Positions 24,985 through 36,800 of a DNA stretch of 50,658 bases are shown here, piece by piece; the first letter of the stretch is position 1; each line of letters opens with the position of its first letter. The notes under the pieces are model-generated. The model saw only the letters and a list, made by a program, of their open reading frames with translations. It did no database searches and was not told the origin of the DNA. The stretch is from assembly GCF_020745735.1 (NCBI RefSeq), contig NW_026867761.1, positions 62,001 through 112,658 on the forward strand, written 5' to 3'. This stretch comes from Hemiscyllium ocellatum. Its lineage: Eukaryota. The position numbers were made by a program, and so were the translations under genes.

Positions 24985-25175
24985 ACACAACATCAGGTTA
25001 TAGTCCAACAGGTTAATGTGGAAGCACTAGCTTTTGGAGCACCGCTGACAACCATTTGATGAAGGAGGGGCGCTCCGAAAGCTAGTGCTTCCAAATAAAC
25101 CCCCTGTTGGACTATAACCTGGTGTTGTGTGATTTTTAGCTTTGTCCACCCCAGTCCAACACTGGCACCTTCAAG
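24985..25175. mobile_element. Second foldback PLE-terminus family (cacaacaccaggttatagtccaacagg arms); half copies at about 12755-12842 and 33255-33395
   Basis: Inverted arms around TTGATGA-AGGAG..CTCC-GAAA-GCTA, a hammerhead-like core. Confidence 0.7.
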
Positions 25176-25189
25176 TCTTTGGAGAAGGC

Positions 25190-25570
25190 AGCGAGGAGAA
25201 TTGTTCCAGAAATTCAAAATCAGGAGGGGGCCTGGAACAGAGTAAATAGGGAGAAAATGATTCCACTTGTGAAAGGATTGAGACCGAGAGGCCACAGATT
25301 GAAAGTAATTGGAAAAGTAAGAAAAGTGAGATGGGGAACAACATTTCAGTCAGTGAGTGGTTAAGGTGTGGAATGCACTGCCTGAGAGTGTGGTGGAGGC
25401 AGCTTCAATTGAAACATTCCGAAGGGAATGAGACTGTTATCTGAAAAGGAACAATGTGCAGGGTGACAGGGAGAAGGCAGGAGAATGACACTCAGTGAAT
25501 TGGTGATTTGGAGAGCTAGTCCAGACAGGATGGACGGAATGGCCTCTTGTGCACTGTAACAGTTCTGTGA
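25190..25570 (+). mobile_element. CR1-like LINE 3' end
   Basis: EKMIPLVKGLRPRGHRLKV motif and the tail ggatggacggaatggcctcttgtgc. Confidence 0.75.
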
Positions 25571-25627
25571 TTGTGTGATTGAGCAGAGTTAAAGCTGGGG
25601 GAGGTGGGAGCTCGGTGTCTCACTGTG

Positions 25628-25651
25628 CTGCTGCTGCTGCTGCTGCTGCTG
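25628..25651 (+). repeat. (CTG)8 microsatellite in the J-C intron
   Basis: Read directly. Confidence 0.95.
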
Positions 25652-26026
25652 AGGTCAGTGAGATCAGAGACTGGGACAGGGAGCCAGAGCTCACATCAAA
25701 CTCTGCCCGTGTCCATCACACTGAGACTGGCAGGAGGCTACTCACTGATTTCACTCCATGCTGCAGGAATGGGACCACAGGCTGCAAATGGACAGAGCTC
25801 TTCCACATGGTGAGTAAAACTTACTGACTTATATCTTGCTTTTTTTAAAGAGGGCATGAAAGTAAAGAAATACAACTGGACACCCTGCTAAACACAGTGC
25901 TCAAGTCAAACAACCATTTCATTCACTGCAGCTCCCCACTAACACCTTCAACAAATCAGTAACTGTATTTTAGAAAGTGTGTTTCAGTTTGACAGGGTTA
26001 ATAACAGAGGATTGAAGTTTACTTAC

Positions 26027-26061
26027 TCAGTCTGAGCTTGGTTCCTTTACCGAACGTGTAC
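26027..26061 (-). CDS. IGKJ: Ig kappa-type J segment, YTFGKGTKLRL
   Basis: FGxG motif, 35 nt, donor A|GTAAGT at 26026-26021, abuts the 23-RSS; splices in frame (A+GC = Ser) to the C exon. Confidence 0.97.
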
Positions 26062-26100
26062 CACAGTGAGAGCTCCCAGTGCAGAGGCTGTACAAAAACC
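26062..26100 (+). other. J recombination signal sequence (23-RSS)
   Basis: Plus strand CACAGTG (26062-26068), 23-nt spacer (26069-26091), ACAAAAACC (26092-26100); faces the V 12-RSS, so joining is deletional. Confidence 0.98.
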
Positions 26101-26530
26101 TCAGCTCTCTGCTTCCCTCTTATCACTGTCAACCTCTCTCTGTCTCTGTCTGTCTCTCACTCACTCTCCCCTCTCCCTGCCCCTCTCTGTCTCTCCCTCA
26201 TTCATGTGTCTTTCTCTCTCTGTCTCTCTGGGTCGTTTCCAGCTGGGCTCGGGAGGTTGGTGAAATTTATTTTTCGATGTTAAATCTTGCAGCAGGTTTT
26301 CACATGTGGCTATAGAGTGTAAGAGGGAAACTAGAGGCCTTCAGTGAGTGTTGAAACACCACAGGGATTGGAGTGTGTCGTGGACAGTGGCAATCCCAGT
26401 TTGAGGTAATTTGATCAGCTTCATTTAGATCTAACTGGATATGTCAGTTCAGGTGGTGGGACAGTGTGTCCATTATCATACATTTTATGTAACTGTGGGA
26501 TGTGTCAGGAGGTAGTGCTTTATGTATTGA

Positions 26531-26558
26531 GGTTTTTGTACAGCTCTGTGTCACTGTG
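26531..26558 (-). other. V recombination signal sequence (12-RSS)
   Basis: Minus strand CACAGTG (26558-26552), 12-nt spacer ACACAGAGCTGT, nonamer ACAAAAACC (26539-26531); both perfect consensus. Confidence 0.98.
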
Positions 26559-26857
26559 TCGAGGGGAGCTGTAAACTTGCTGACAGTAATAGTCAGCGAC
26601 ATCCTCATTCTGAACGTTGCTGATTTTCAGGGTGAAACTGGTCCCTGATCCACTGCCGGTGAATCGATCGGAGACTCCTGTGAATCGATTTGTTGCATAA
26701 TAGATCAGGAGAGAGGGTTTCTGACCTTCTCGCTGCTGGTACCAGTTAACATAGTTGCTAACAGATTGACTGGCCGTACAGGTGAGTGTTGCGGTCTGGT
26801 CCAGTCCCACTGACAGCACTGGGGGAGACTGGGTCATGCTGATGTCCCCACTGATAC
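26559..26857 (-). CDS. IGKV: Ig kappa-type V exon (11-nt L2 plus 96-codon V: [23 protein letters not shown]...[15 protein letters not shown]...[16 protein letters not shown]), open and unrearranged
   Basis: Acceptor ccctcag|GTATCAGTGGG, conserved Cys-Trp-Cys (YYC) Ig V motifs, kappa-like framework, followed directly by a 12-RSS. Confidence 0.97.
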
Positions 26858-27043
26858 CTGAGGGGTCAGAGAGAAACACAGTGAAGTCAGAACTGTCACA
26901 GAAAGAGCCTGTCAAATGAGAGATTATTGGAGACACTGAGCACTCCTCTAGTTTCAGTATTTTCCCTTCAATCACAAGTCAGTGGAATTGGAGTGAAATG
27001 GAGAGCAGGGAAAGATTCAAGGTGGAAGGAGAGAGATTTGTAC

Positions 27044-27092
27044 CTGCGACACAGAATGCCAGGGCCCAGATCAGCTGGATGTGTGAAATCAT
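27044..27092 (-). CDS. IGKV: Ig kappa-type light-chain leader exon (L1), MISHIQLIWALAFCVA-G
   Basis: ATG at 27092-27090, 49-nt hydrophobic signal-peptide exon, phase-1 donor G|GTAC at 27043; 186-nt intron to the V exon. Confidence 0.93.
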
Positions 27093-27150
27093 GGTGTGTG
27101 CTCCTGTCCCTGTGCCTGGTTCCAGATAAACTCTCCCTTCACTGGACTCT

Positions 27151-27245
27151 GCTTTATAAAGCTGCAGCCTGTGAGAGTCTGACTGGGTGTTCCTCAGTAT
27201 GTAAATGGCATCAGGCAGAGAGAGCCACGTCCTCACACTTCCTCT
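27151..27245 (-). promoter_or_regulatory. V promoter: TATA-like TTTATAAA (27153-27160), variant octamer ATTTACAT (27199-27206), PU.1/Ets box AGAGGAAGTG (27236-27245)
   Basis: Order and spacing 60-150 bp upstream of the leader ATG match Ig light-chain promoters; the octamer differs by one base from ATTTGCAT. Confidence 0.7.
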
Positions 27246-27554
27246 TCTCTCTCTTTCTATCTCACTCTCTCTGTCTCAGAGTCATTGATGTGAACAGCAG
27301 TGAATGAGGCCATTTGGCCCATTGTGTCTGTGCTGGTAAACAAAGATCTGATGACACTAATCCCATCCTCCAGCTCTTGGCCCGTTACCCTGGGAGCTAC
27401 AGCAACACAAGGGAATATCTAAACACTGCTCCAATGTCACGAGAGTTTCTGACTCAACCAGCCTTTCAGGCAGTGAGTTCCAGACTCCCACCACCCTCTG
27501 GGTGAAAACATTTCTTCTCAACTCTCCTCTCACTCTCCAACTCGCCTGGCCATG

Positions 27555-28045
27555 GACTCACTCGTGTTCAGAACGATGAGAGGGGATCTGATTGAAACAT
27601 ATAAAATTGTAACAGGGCTGGGCAGGGAGGAGGTTTCCCCTGGTTGGGGAGTCTGGAACCAGGGGACACAGGCTCAGGGGGATACAGGGTAGACCATTTC
27701 GGACTGAGATGAGGAAACATTTCTTCACTCAGAGAGTGGTCAACCTGTGGAATTCGCTACCACTGAAGGCTGTGGAGGACAAGGAACTGAATATATTCAA
27801 GAAAAAGAGAGAGATAATTGTTTTGCATTTTAACAGCTTGAAGAGAATGGGGAGAAGGCAGGAATATGGCTTTGAGAGAGAGGATCAGCCATAGATCATA
27901 GAATGCCTACAGTGTGGAAACAGGCCATTTGGCCCGACAAGTCCACACTGACCCTCGAAGAAATGATGACATTCAAAAATTGATACAGCCATGATCATAC
28001 TGAATGACAGAGCAGACTCAAAGGGCCGAATGGCCTACTGCTGCT
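27555..28045 (+). mobile_element. CR1-like LINE 3' fragment
   Basis: MRKHFFTQRVVNLWNSLP (ORF 27709-27894). Confidence 0.85.
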
Positions 28046-28299
28046 CCAAGTTTCTACGTGTCCGTGTCTGTGTTACCTTCGATCTCTGTACCAGATTATG
28101 AAGTCCTTTACTCATGTCAAATGTGCCATCCTACCCAACCTGTCACTGTCCTGAATAATCCTATCCCTCTCTATCAGGTCCCTTTTAAGCCTTCACTGCT
28201 CAAAGCTCACATTCAGGCAGCATCCTGGGAAATCTCCCTGTACCCTCTCAGGTACAATCACATTCTTCCCAGAGTGTGGTGACCAGGACCTGTCCCTCT

Positions 28300-28378
28300 C
28301 TCTCTTTCTCTGATTCACATCTGCCATTTCTTTCTCTCTACCTCTATCTCTCTCTCCCAATGTTAATCTCTTTCATGT

Positions 28379-28410
<32 letters not shown>

Positions 28411-28957
28411 TCACACACACACACACACACACACACACTCTCACACACACTCACTCTGTCTCATAGCCACATTCTCCAACTCACTGATGCTTTCTGACTA
28501 CATCTTATCATCTGTTTCGCCATCTCTCACTGTCTCTGTTACTCGCTCCCTCTCTCACTTCATTTAAAAGCCTCCAATTGTTATCTGTCACTCTCTATTC
28601 CTCCCTCTTTCTCTCTCCTTCCCTCTACCTCCCAATTTACAGTCTCTCTCCCTCTCTCTCTGTCATTATAAATCTACCCATACTCATCTCTCTCTCTCAC
28701 ACTCAACCCTACCCTCCCTCTCAACTCTCTTCATGCTTAGTCTCACACCCATCCTGTCTCTCACTCTCTCTCTCTCTCCTTGTCTCTTTGTCTCTCTCCA
28801 TCCCTCTCAGTCACACTGTCTCACATTTTGTTTCTCTCTCTATCCCTCAACCTCACCATTTCTATCTCCCTCTACCTCTCTCTTGGTCCCCTCACATATC
28901 TTACACCGTATCAGATGCTCGTCCCTCTATCTCTCTCTCTCTCATTCTTTCTTTCTT

Positions 28958-29023
<66 letters not shown>

Positions 29024-29070
29024 TTTTTCCCTCCATCTCTCTCTCTGCCTCACTGCTCTCTCTTTCTGAC
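28300..29070. repeat. Pyrimidine-rich low-complexity tract with (CT)n and (CA)n microsatellites (28381-28450, 28930-29020)
   Basis: Read directly. Confidence 0.9.
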
Positions 29071-29859
29071 AGTGTCCTGGGTGGTGACAGTTGAATGCAG
29101 GATAAATCTCCCTCTGCTCTGTCCACTAATGGATGTTAACACTTGACCCCTGTCTTCTCCTGGAGGAAGGCCCTATTTCCACGTTGACCAGGGTTTGGCC
29201 TCTCTCAGGAAGATGGACAGATTCTGGTCAAATGAAGGGCAGTTCTGTGCTGTTCTGTGCTGTTGGCCTATTCTCACTGGGGACTGATTTGGACACAAAC
29301 CTCATTCTGTGAAGGCCTAGCAGAGAGAGGAGATCCTCAGATCATCAGCGTGAGTTGGAGGGACAGGACAGGCTCTGACCCACTGACCCATTCACAACAT
29401 ATTCCAATCCCTTCCCCTCTCCTTCCCCTCTCCTTCCCCTTCCACAGTCAGTCTTGTCTGAAATGGAGTGGTCCCTTCCCTGTCTCACACCAAGGAGGAG
29501 ATGAACAGATATTTAATGGGTAATGGGTTAAAGGATGATGGAGAGTGGGCAGGAAAGTGGAGTTGAGTCTGAGATGGGATCAGCCATGATTGTATTAAAT
29601 GGTGGAGTGGGCTCGAGGGGCTGAATGCCTGCTCCTGCTCCTAGTTCTTATGGTCCTCCACCCTCTCCCCCATCCCTCTTACTGCAACTTTGTGAACATT
29701 CTTGGAATGTTTGGACATTGAAGGCGCTATGTGAATTCAAGATTGGTGTGGATTCAATGTGGGGACAGAATTGTGCACGGGCTGTGATAGCTCCTGCGGT
29801 TGAATATCCTGCTGGCAGGCTTCCGCCTTCCATATACAGAATGGGGAAGTGGGGGAGGT

Positions 29860-32050
29860 CGGAATGTACTGCCGGGGTACACGGCGCTGTCCTCTAGCAA
29901 TGTGGTTGACTCTCTAGTGCCCTCTGAAATGGCCGAGCAAGGCTCTCAGTTGTGTCAATTATGACAATGTTTCAACAAAGAAATGAGACCGGACGGGCCA
30001 CAGGCATCGATCTAGACACCGAAAAGACAATGACAGAAACAGCCCTGTCTACCCTGCTCCATCCTCCTTACTGACATCTGGGAGCTAGTGCCAAATTCAG
30101 GAGAGCTGTCTTACAGATGACTCAAGCAACAGCCTGACACAGTCATACTCACAGAACCATACCTTACAGACAATGCCCCAGACACCACCATCACTGTCCC
30201 TGCATGTGTCCTGTCCCACTAGAAAGGAAGACCCAACAGAGCTGATGACACAGTGGTCTACAGTCAGGAGGGAGTTGCCCTGGGAAGTCTCAAAGTTGGC
30301 TCTGGACCCTGTGAAGACTCATGAAACTAAGTTAAAATGGGCGAGGAAACCTCCTGGTGATTACAAGATATCTTGCTCCCTTGGCTGATGAATCAGTCTC
30401 TCCTGGATGTTGAACAACATTTGGAGGAAGCACTGAGGGTGATGACAGCAGAGAGTGTACTCTGGGTGGGGGGTTTCAATGTCCACCACTGAGAGTGGCT
30501 CGGCAGCAGCATTACTGATCGAGCTGGTTGGTTCCTCATGGATGTAGCTGAGGGACTGGCTCTGCAGCTGGAACCAAAAGATGGAAAAAGATGCTTGACC
30601 CCATCCTCACCAATCTTGTGGCTGTAGATGCATCTATCCTTGACAGTATTGGTAAGAGTGACCATCAACACAGTCCTTGTGGAAACAAAGTCTGACCTTC
30701 ACATTGAGAATCCCCTCCATTGTGTTGTGTGGTACTATCACCGTACTAAATAGGACAGACTCCGAACAAATATTGCAACTCAAGGCAAACTCGTAAATGA
30801 GGATGATTGCCAAAGATTGCACAATGTTCAGCACTATTCTCAACTCCTCAGATACTGAAGCAGTCCACGTGCAAATGCAACAATATCTAGACAATATCCA
30901 GGTTTTGTCTGAGAAGTGACATTTCCCATTGGTGCCATGCAAATGCCAGCCAATCACCATCACCAATAAGAGACAATCTTAACATCGCCCCTTGACAATC
31001 AATGCTATTACCATCACTGAATCCCTACTATCAACATTCTTGAGGTGCCATTGACCAGAAACACAACTGGATTCACCAAAGAAACACAGTGGTTACAAGA
31101 GCAAGTTAGAGGCTAGGAATACTGCATCGAATAACTCCCCTCCTGATCCCCGCAAAGCCTGTCAACCAAGTCAGGAGTGTGAGCAAATACTCCCCACTTG
31201 CCTGGACAGGTGCAGCTGCAACAACATTCATAGATTGATAGTGTCACAGAGTCATACAGCACAGAAACAAACCCTTCAGCCAAACTTCTACATGCTGACC
31301 AGGTTTTCTGAAGTGAACTCATCTTATTTGCCTGCATTTCACACATATCCCTTGAAACCTTTCCTATCTATGTCTATTGTATCCTATGTCTTTCTTATCC
31401 ACTCAAAAAGCTTGATACCATCCAGAGCAAAGCAAACTCCTTGATTGTCATCACATTCTCAAAGTTTTCAAACTCACCGTCACTAATGCTCCATAGCAGC
31501 AGTGTGTATTATCGATAAGAAGCACTGCAGAAATTCATCACTGATCTTCAGATAGCACCTTCCAAACCCATGGACAAAAATAGAAAGTGCTGAAAAAGCT
31601 CAGCAGGTCAGGCAGCATCTGTGAAGAGAAATCAGAATTAACATTTCGGGTTGAGCATGAAATATTAACTCTGATTTCTCTTCACAGATGCTGCCAGACC
31701 TGCTGAGCTTTTTCAGCACTTTCTATTTTTATCTCGGATTTACAGCATCTGCAGTTCTTTTGGTTTCCCTCCAAACCCACGTTCACTTCCGTTTAGAACA
31801 AGAGCAGCAGATACATGGGAACACTGTGAGCTGCAAGTTCCCCTCGAAAAAGCTTAGCATCCGGACTTGGAAATATGTCGCTGATCCCTCAGCCTTGCTG
31901 GGTTAAAATGCTGGCATTGTGGGTCAACTTACAGCTTGTGGACGACAACAATTCAAGATGGCAGCTTCCCACCACCTTCTCCAGGGCAACTAGGGACAGG
32001 GTAAAAAATGTTGGCCCAGCCGGTGAAGCCCACTTCCCACAAGTGAATAT
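29860..32050 (+). mobile_element. Degenerate non-CR1 LINE (possibly RTE/RTEX clade); related fragments at about 1850-1960 (+) and 14815-14890 (-)
   Basis: Endonuclease-like stretch 30100-30500 is duplicated at 1853-1960; 3' end caccttctccagggcaactaggga; clade assignment from memory only. Confidence 0.5.
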
Positions 32051-32389
32051 GCAAAACCAAATGAAGTGTTCCTCAGGAGGGGAGAGGGAATGTTCAGGAT
32101 CCTGAACTCCATTTCCCAGCCCAGGCAGTTTGTCTCCCAATGAATGAATGAGATGCCAATTTGAAGCCCAGGTTCAGGGCAGTCTCACTCTGTGGACATG
32201 AGGTCTATAAGAAGGAATTGGAGATTGAGCTATAAAGGAAAGATTTGCTGGGTTACGGGGAGAGAGGGGGGAGCAGTGGGACTAACTGGATCATTCAAAG
32301 GCATGATGGGCTGAATGGCCTCCTCCTGTGCTGTCAGTTTCCAGGGAGTGCAGACAGTTCACAGTTTTCTCCCGTCTCAGTAACAAACG

Positions 32390-32500
32390 TCCAGCTGCTC
32401 TGAGCTCCTTCTTTCACTTCCTCTGTTGGTGAAGTTTCAACCTTGTGATCTGACAGCCTTTGCAGTTATTTTTTACACTGGGGCTTTCTGTTGTGGTCAG
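32390..32500. promoter_or_regulatory. Candidate B-cell enhancer: E-box CAGCTG (32392-32397), EICE AGAGGAAGTGAAA (minus, 32412-32424), kB-like GGGGCTTTCT (32480-32489), Runx TGTGGT (32492-32497)
   Basis: Motif cluster in about 110 bp of apparently non-repeat sequence, 5.3 kb upstream of the V leader; motif evidence only. Confidence 0.4.
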
Positions 32501-33819
32501 AATCTCTAATAATAAGTGCCCAATCAGTGACAATCACAGCAGCTAAGAGCTGTCAGGACTGAGGAGCCAGGCTCACTGGGAAACACATTGGGAAGATCAA
32601 AGCCATCCCCTTCAGCTCCTGGTACAAGCTCCATCCCTCTCCCTGAGCACTGTCTGCTGCTCAACCAGACTCTTTACAACTTTGGCCTCATCTTTGGGGC
32701 TGATTTGAGGCCCAAATCCTCCACATCACAATTATCAGCCACTGAAAATCTCAACCATGTTTTTGTGACCATTCCAATATTATCTAGGCCCACATCACAG
32801 CCACTGCCTTCCGTAAACATCAGCTCATCCCAAACTCTGCTGTCTATGTTCAAACTCACTCCAAGTCCACTCCATACCCCTGCCCACACCTCCCCATCAC
32901 ACCATAACCACCACAATCCTCACTGACTGACATAAGCTCCTGGTCCAGGAGCACCTCGATTTTCAAATCTCATCCTTGTTCTCAATCTGCTCCCTGTTCT
33001 TCCACCCTCCCTATCTCTGTGACCTCCTCCAAGCTGCCTCACTCAGTGTGATCAATAATCTTGGATATATGGCTCTCTGTTTCTTCATCCAAATCATTGA
33101 GAATTATCGTGAAAAGCTGAGGTCCCAGCACAGATCCCTGGGAATACCACTACTCACATCTGGCTCAATGGAACACACACACGTTATCCTTCCTCTCTGT
33201 CTCCTAGACAGACCCATTCCTGACCCAAGGTAAATGCATTTCTCAAATTCCATCTAATTCCATGATTTGGAGATGCCAGTGTTGGACTGTCGTGTAAATG
33301 TTAAAAATCACAGAACACCAGGTTCTAATGCAACAGGTTTGTTTGGAAGCATTAGCGTTTGGAGCGCTGCTCCTTCATCAGATGGTTGTGGAGTGTAAGA
33401 TCTGAATCAATGTTTCTTTTGTGGAACATTCTTAAATGTCTTTTGGAATTCCCTATAGACAATAGCCATCGACATTCCTTATATCCCACACTAGTGATCT
33501 CCTAAGAAAGTGTAACCCGGTTAGTTAAGATGTCTGAACCTTTGTCAATCCATGCTGATTCTCTCAGACCAGTTCATATTTGTCCGTTATTCTGTCTCTA
33601 AAAACAGACTCAATCACTTCCTGACAACAGACATTCAATGGAGATGTTCATTGTAATTGAGGCTCGTAAACAGCTAGCACTGACACGAGGGGCTGAACAG
33701 CCTCCTCCTGTGCTGGCACCTTCTCTGTCTCCTGGACGGAAATATTTTACAGATTAAAAACTAAAGACCAGCAGCAAATTTTAAAATATAAATTAAAAAC
33801 TCCTCAAATAATTTCCACA

Positions 33820-36800
33820 TACAGGGCCAGGCGATGTGTAGTAATTGTACGATGGGGAAGCTGGTGGAGCCCATTGTAGCTCAGAGTGACCACATCTACA
33901 GCAAGTGTTGGTTGCTCAAAGCACTCCAGCTCAGAGTTGATGAGCTGGAATCTGAGCTTCAAACACTGTGACACATCAGGGAGGGGGAGAGTTACCTGGA
34001 CATTGTGTTTGGGGAGACAGTCACACCTTGTAGGTTAAATACTTCAAATTATGGCCAGTGGTCAGGAACAGGCGGGTGTGACCAAAGATAAACAGGTCAA
34101 TGCAGCCTGGACAGCCTTACAGGTGCCTCAGCTCCTTGTCCAACAGGAATGAGATACTTGCTCCCTGTGTCAATGAGGAAAAGGATTGTCGAGAGAATGG
34201 GCAAATGTAGTTTGAGGATTTTGGTGATAGTGACCATAACTCTGGAAATTTCAAAGTCATTATATAAAAAGATCAAGATAGAGCAGAAATTATAATGTCT
34301 AAACTGGGGAAAAAGTAGGGATGTGTAGGTTAGGTGCATTAGCCATGGGAGATGCTGATTTACAGGGATAAGGTAGGGAGACAAGTCTGGGTGGGATGCT
34401 CTTCAGAATGTTGGTGTGGACTCATTGGTCTGAATGGCCTGTTTCACACTGTATGGATTCTATGATTCGATGACTCCTACGGGCAGTCATTGCTGGCTTG
34501 GCCAGAGATGTCCATTTCCTATGAATGAACGAAGGAAACCACTGAACCATGGTCCAGGAGGCCACTCAGACTGGGGGAGCACAAAGAAAAGAGGGGTCTT
34601 GATAATGAGGAAACTGATAGCATCCTTTATGAGCAGGATTGAGAGCCCCACATGGTGTGTTGCCTGTCTGGTTTCAAGGTAAGGGCATCTCGAGCCGGCT
34701 TTTAAATATAACAGACTTGGGGGGCGGGGAGGTGGGAGGAGGTGGGGTGCGGGGTTGAGGATCCAGTTGTTGTTGTATGTGTTGGGACCAACAACATCAG
34801 CAAAAATCGGCAAAAGCTCCTATTTGGACAATATCAGGAAAGCTATCAGAAGGATATTGATTAAACAGATGGAGAGAAATAAGAAAGAGGTGAATACAGC
34901 ATCAGTGCTGAGGAACAGATTCCAGTGAATGGACCAAATAAGAGTTCTATATACGAATGCACGGAGTGTAAGGAATAAATACAATAATCTGCAGGCACAA
35001 ATTCAAATTTAAGATTGTGGTATCGGATCAATTACTGAGCCATAGTTGCAGAATCATTCAGATTGGGAACGATATCTATCGGGTTAGAAGGTTCACAGGA
35101 TGGATATAGGGAAATGGCAGAAGAGGTGGAGCAGCTTTATTGATGAGGGAAAAAAATGGCTTCAATGGTGAGGGAGGTCATAATGAGGAGAAAACATCAG
35201 TGGAACTGAGGAGCAGGAAAGGATCTAAAACTGTAGTAGATGTTGGATACAGACCCCCTGACAGCAGCTCTGAGGTGCTGGATTATATAAATGGAGGAAT
35301 TAGACAAGTGTGTAGCAAAGCCAGTGTATTATTAATGGTGAAGTTTAACTTTAACTTAGATTGGGAGACAGACAAGCCCTCTGTCAGAAAGGTAGTGAAT
35401 TGCTGCTGTGTGTCCAGAATAGTTTCCAACAGCAATAGGTCCTGGATACAACAAGGGAACAAGCAATATTGGAATTAGTAATGAATAATGAGCCAGATTT
35501 AGTTCGTAACTACTTGTGCATGAATATTTATCAAATAGTGATCATAACATGATCTAGTTCAGTGTCGCATTTGAAAGTAAAAAGCATGAATCAGCTGCTA
35601 GAGTTTGAGTTTAAGGTAAGGCCGACTTTAACGAGATGAGACAGAGACTGTCCACAGTAAACTGGGAAAATCTGCTCATGGGTAAAACAACTGAACAACA
35701 TTGGGGAATATTTAAAGGAACATTCAACACAAAGCAAAGCCAGTTTATACCTGAGAGGGAAAAGCGAACAAACAACAATGGTCAATTAGAGAGATAAGGG
35801 AAAGAATAAAATGTTTAAAAAAAAGGCATACAGAAAAGCAAAAAATAAGGACAGATTCCGCTGAATGGGAAGGATACAAAAGGGCCACATATCAGCTTCT
35901 AAGAGCTACCAAAGGTGATTCTGAAAGGAACCATGTAAGGGATAACAAAATCAATAAGGAGAAATGTTACAGTTCCATAAAAGGGAAGCTGGGAGGTCAG
36001 TAGCAATGTTGGCCATTAAAGACTGAAAGTGACAATGGGAAAATGACAGACATGTTAAATAAATACTTTACCTCAAGATTTGCAGTAGAAAAGGAAGAGG
36101 ACTTGCCTGAAGTCCCAAAGGAATTAACAGAGGATCTGTGTCAGGGACTGATGAGATTCCCTGCAGTGTGCAAACATGCCTTTTGGCCCAACCAGTCCAC
36201 ACCGACCCTCCGAAGTGTAACCCATCCAGGCCCATTTTCCCTCTGACTAATGCACCTAACACTATGGGCAATTTAGTATGGCCAATTCACCTGACCTGCA
36301 CATCTTTGGATAGTAGGAGGAAACCCGTGCAGACAATGTGCAAACTCCACACAGGCAGTTACCCAAGGCTGGAATTGAACCTGGGACTCTGGTGCTGTGA
36401 GGCAGCAGTGCTAACCACTGTGTCATCTGAATGAAGTTAATGTTAATATAACATGTGTAATAAGGAAAATAATGGAACTAAAGAGTGACAAATCCTCAGG
36501 ACCTGAGGGTGATAAAGTAGAAATAGACCACATTGCAGACGCCCTGACTATAATCTTTCAGAGTTACCTGGATTCAGGAGTCATACCTCTGAATTGGAAA
36601 ATTGCAAATTTCACTTCACATTTAACAAGGATGTTAGAGAAAAGCCAGGGAATTACAGGTCACTGAGCCAGCGTTTGTGGTGTGGAAATTGTTGTAGTCT
36701 ATAATCAAGGATGGGGGTAACTGAAGACCTTGAAAATGGTCAGTTAATCAGGGAGAATCAGCATGGATTCATGACAAGTTGGTCATGGTGAAAAAAACTC

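Noticed and set aside
25621-25627. Intronic heptamer as a partner for a kappa-deleting element
   Set aside because: No nonamer, and no J-oriented 23-RSS was found 3' of C; the best candidates (663, 6040, 10080, 12635) have 5/9 or fewer nonamer matches
26877-26906. CACAGTG in the leader intron, as a cryptic RSS 5' of V
   Set aside because: Nonamer match is only 4/9 at a 12 spacer, and 6/9 at a non-permissive 14 spacer
26858-26975. N-terminal extension (MIEGKILK...) of ORF 26520-26975 and its C-terminal [12 protein letters not shown]
   Set aside because: Read-through of the L-V intron and of the RSS; the true exon is 26559-26857
29270-29320. SHWGLIWTQTSFCEG, resembling the V leader SHIQLIWALAFCVAG
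   Set aside because: No ATG, donor, V exon or RSS nearby; the low DNA similarity is compatible with chance
30937-30944. Perfect octamer ATGCAAAT
   Set aside because: Lies inside a LINE remnant with no TATA or leader nearby
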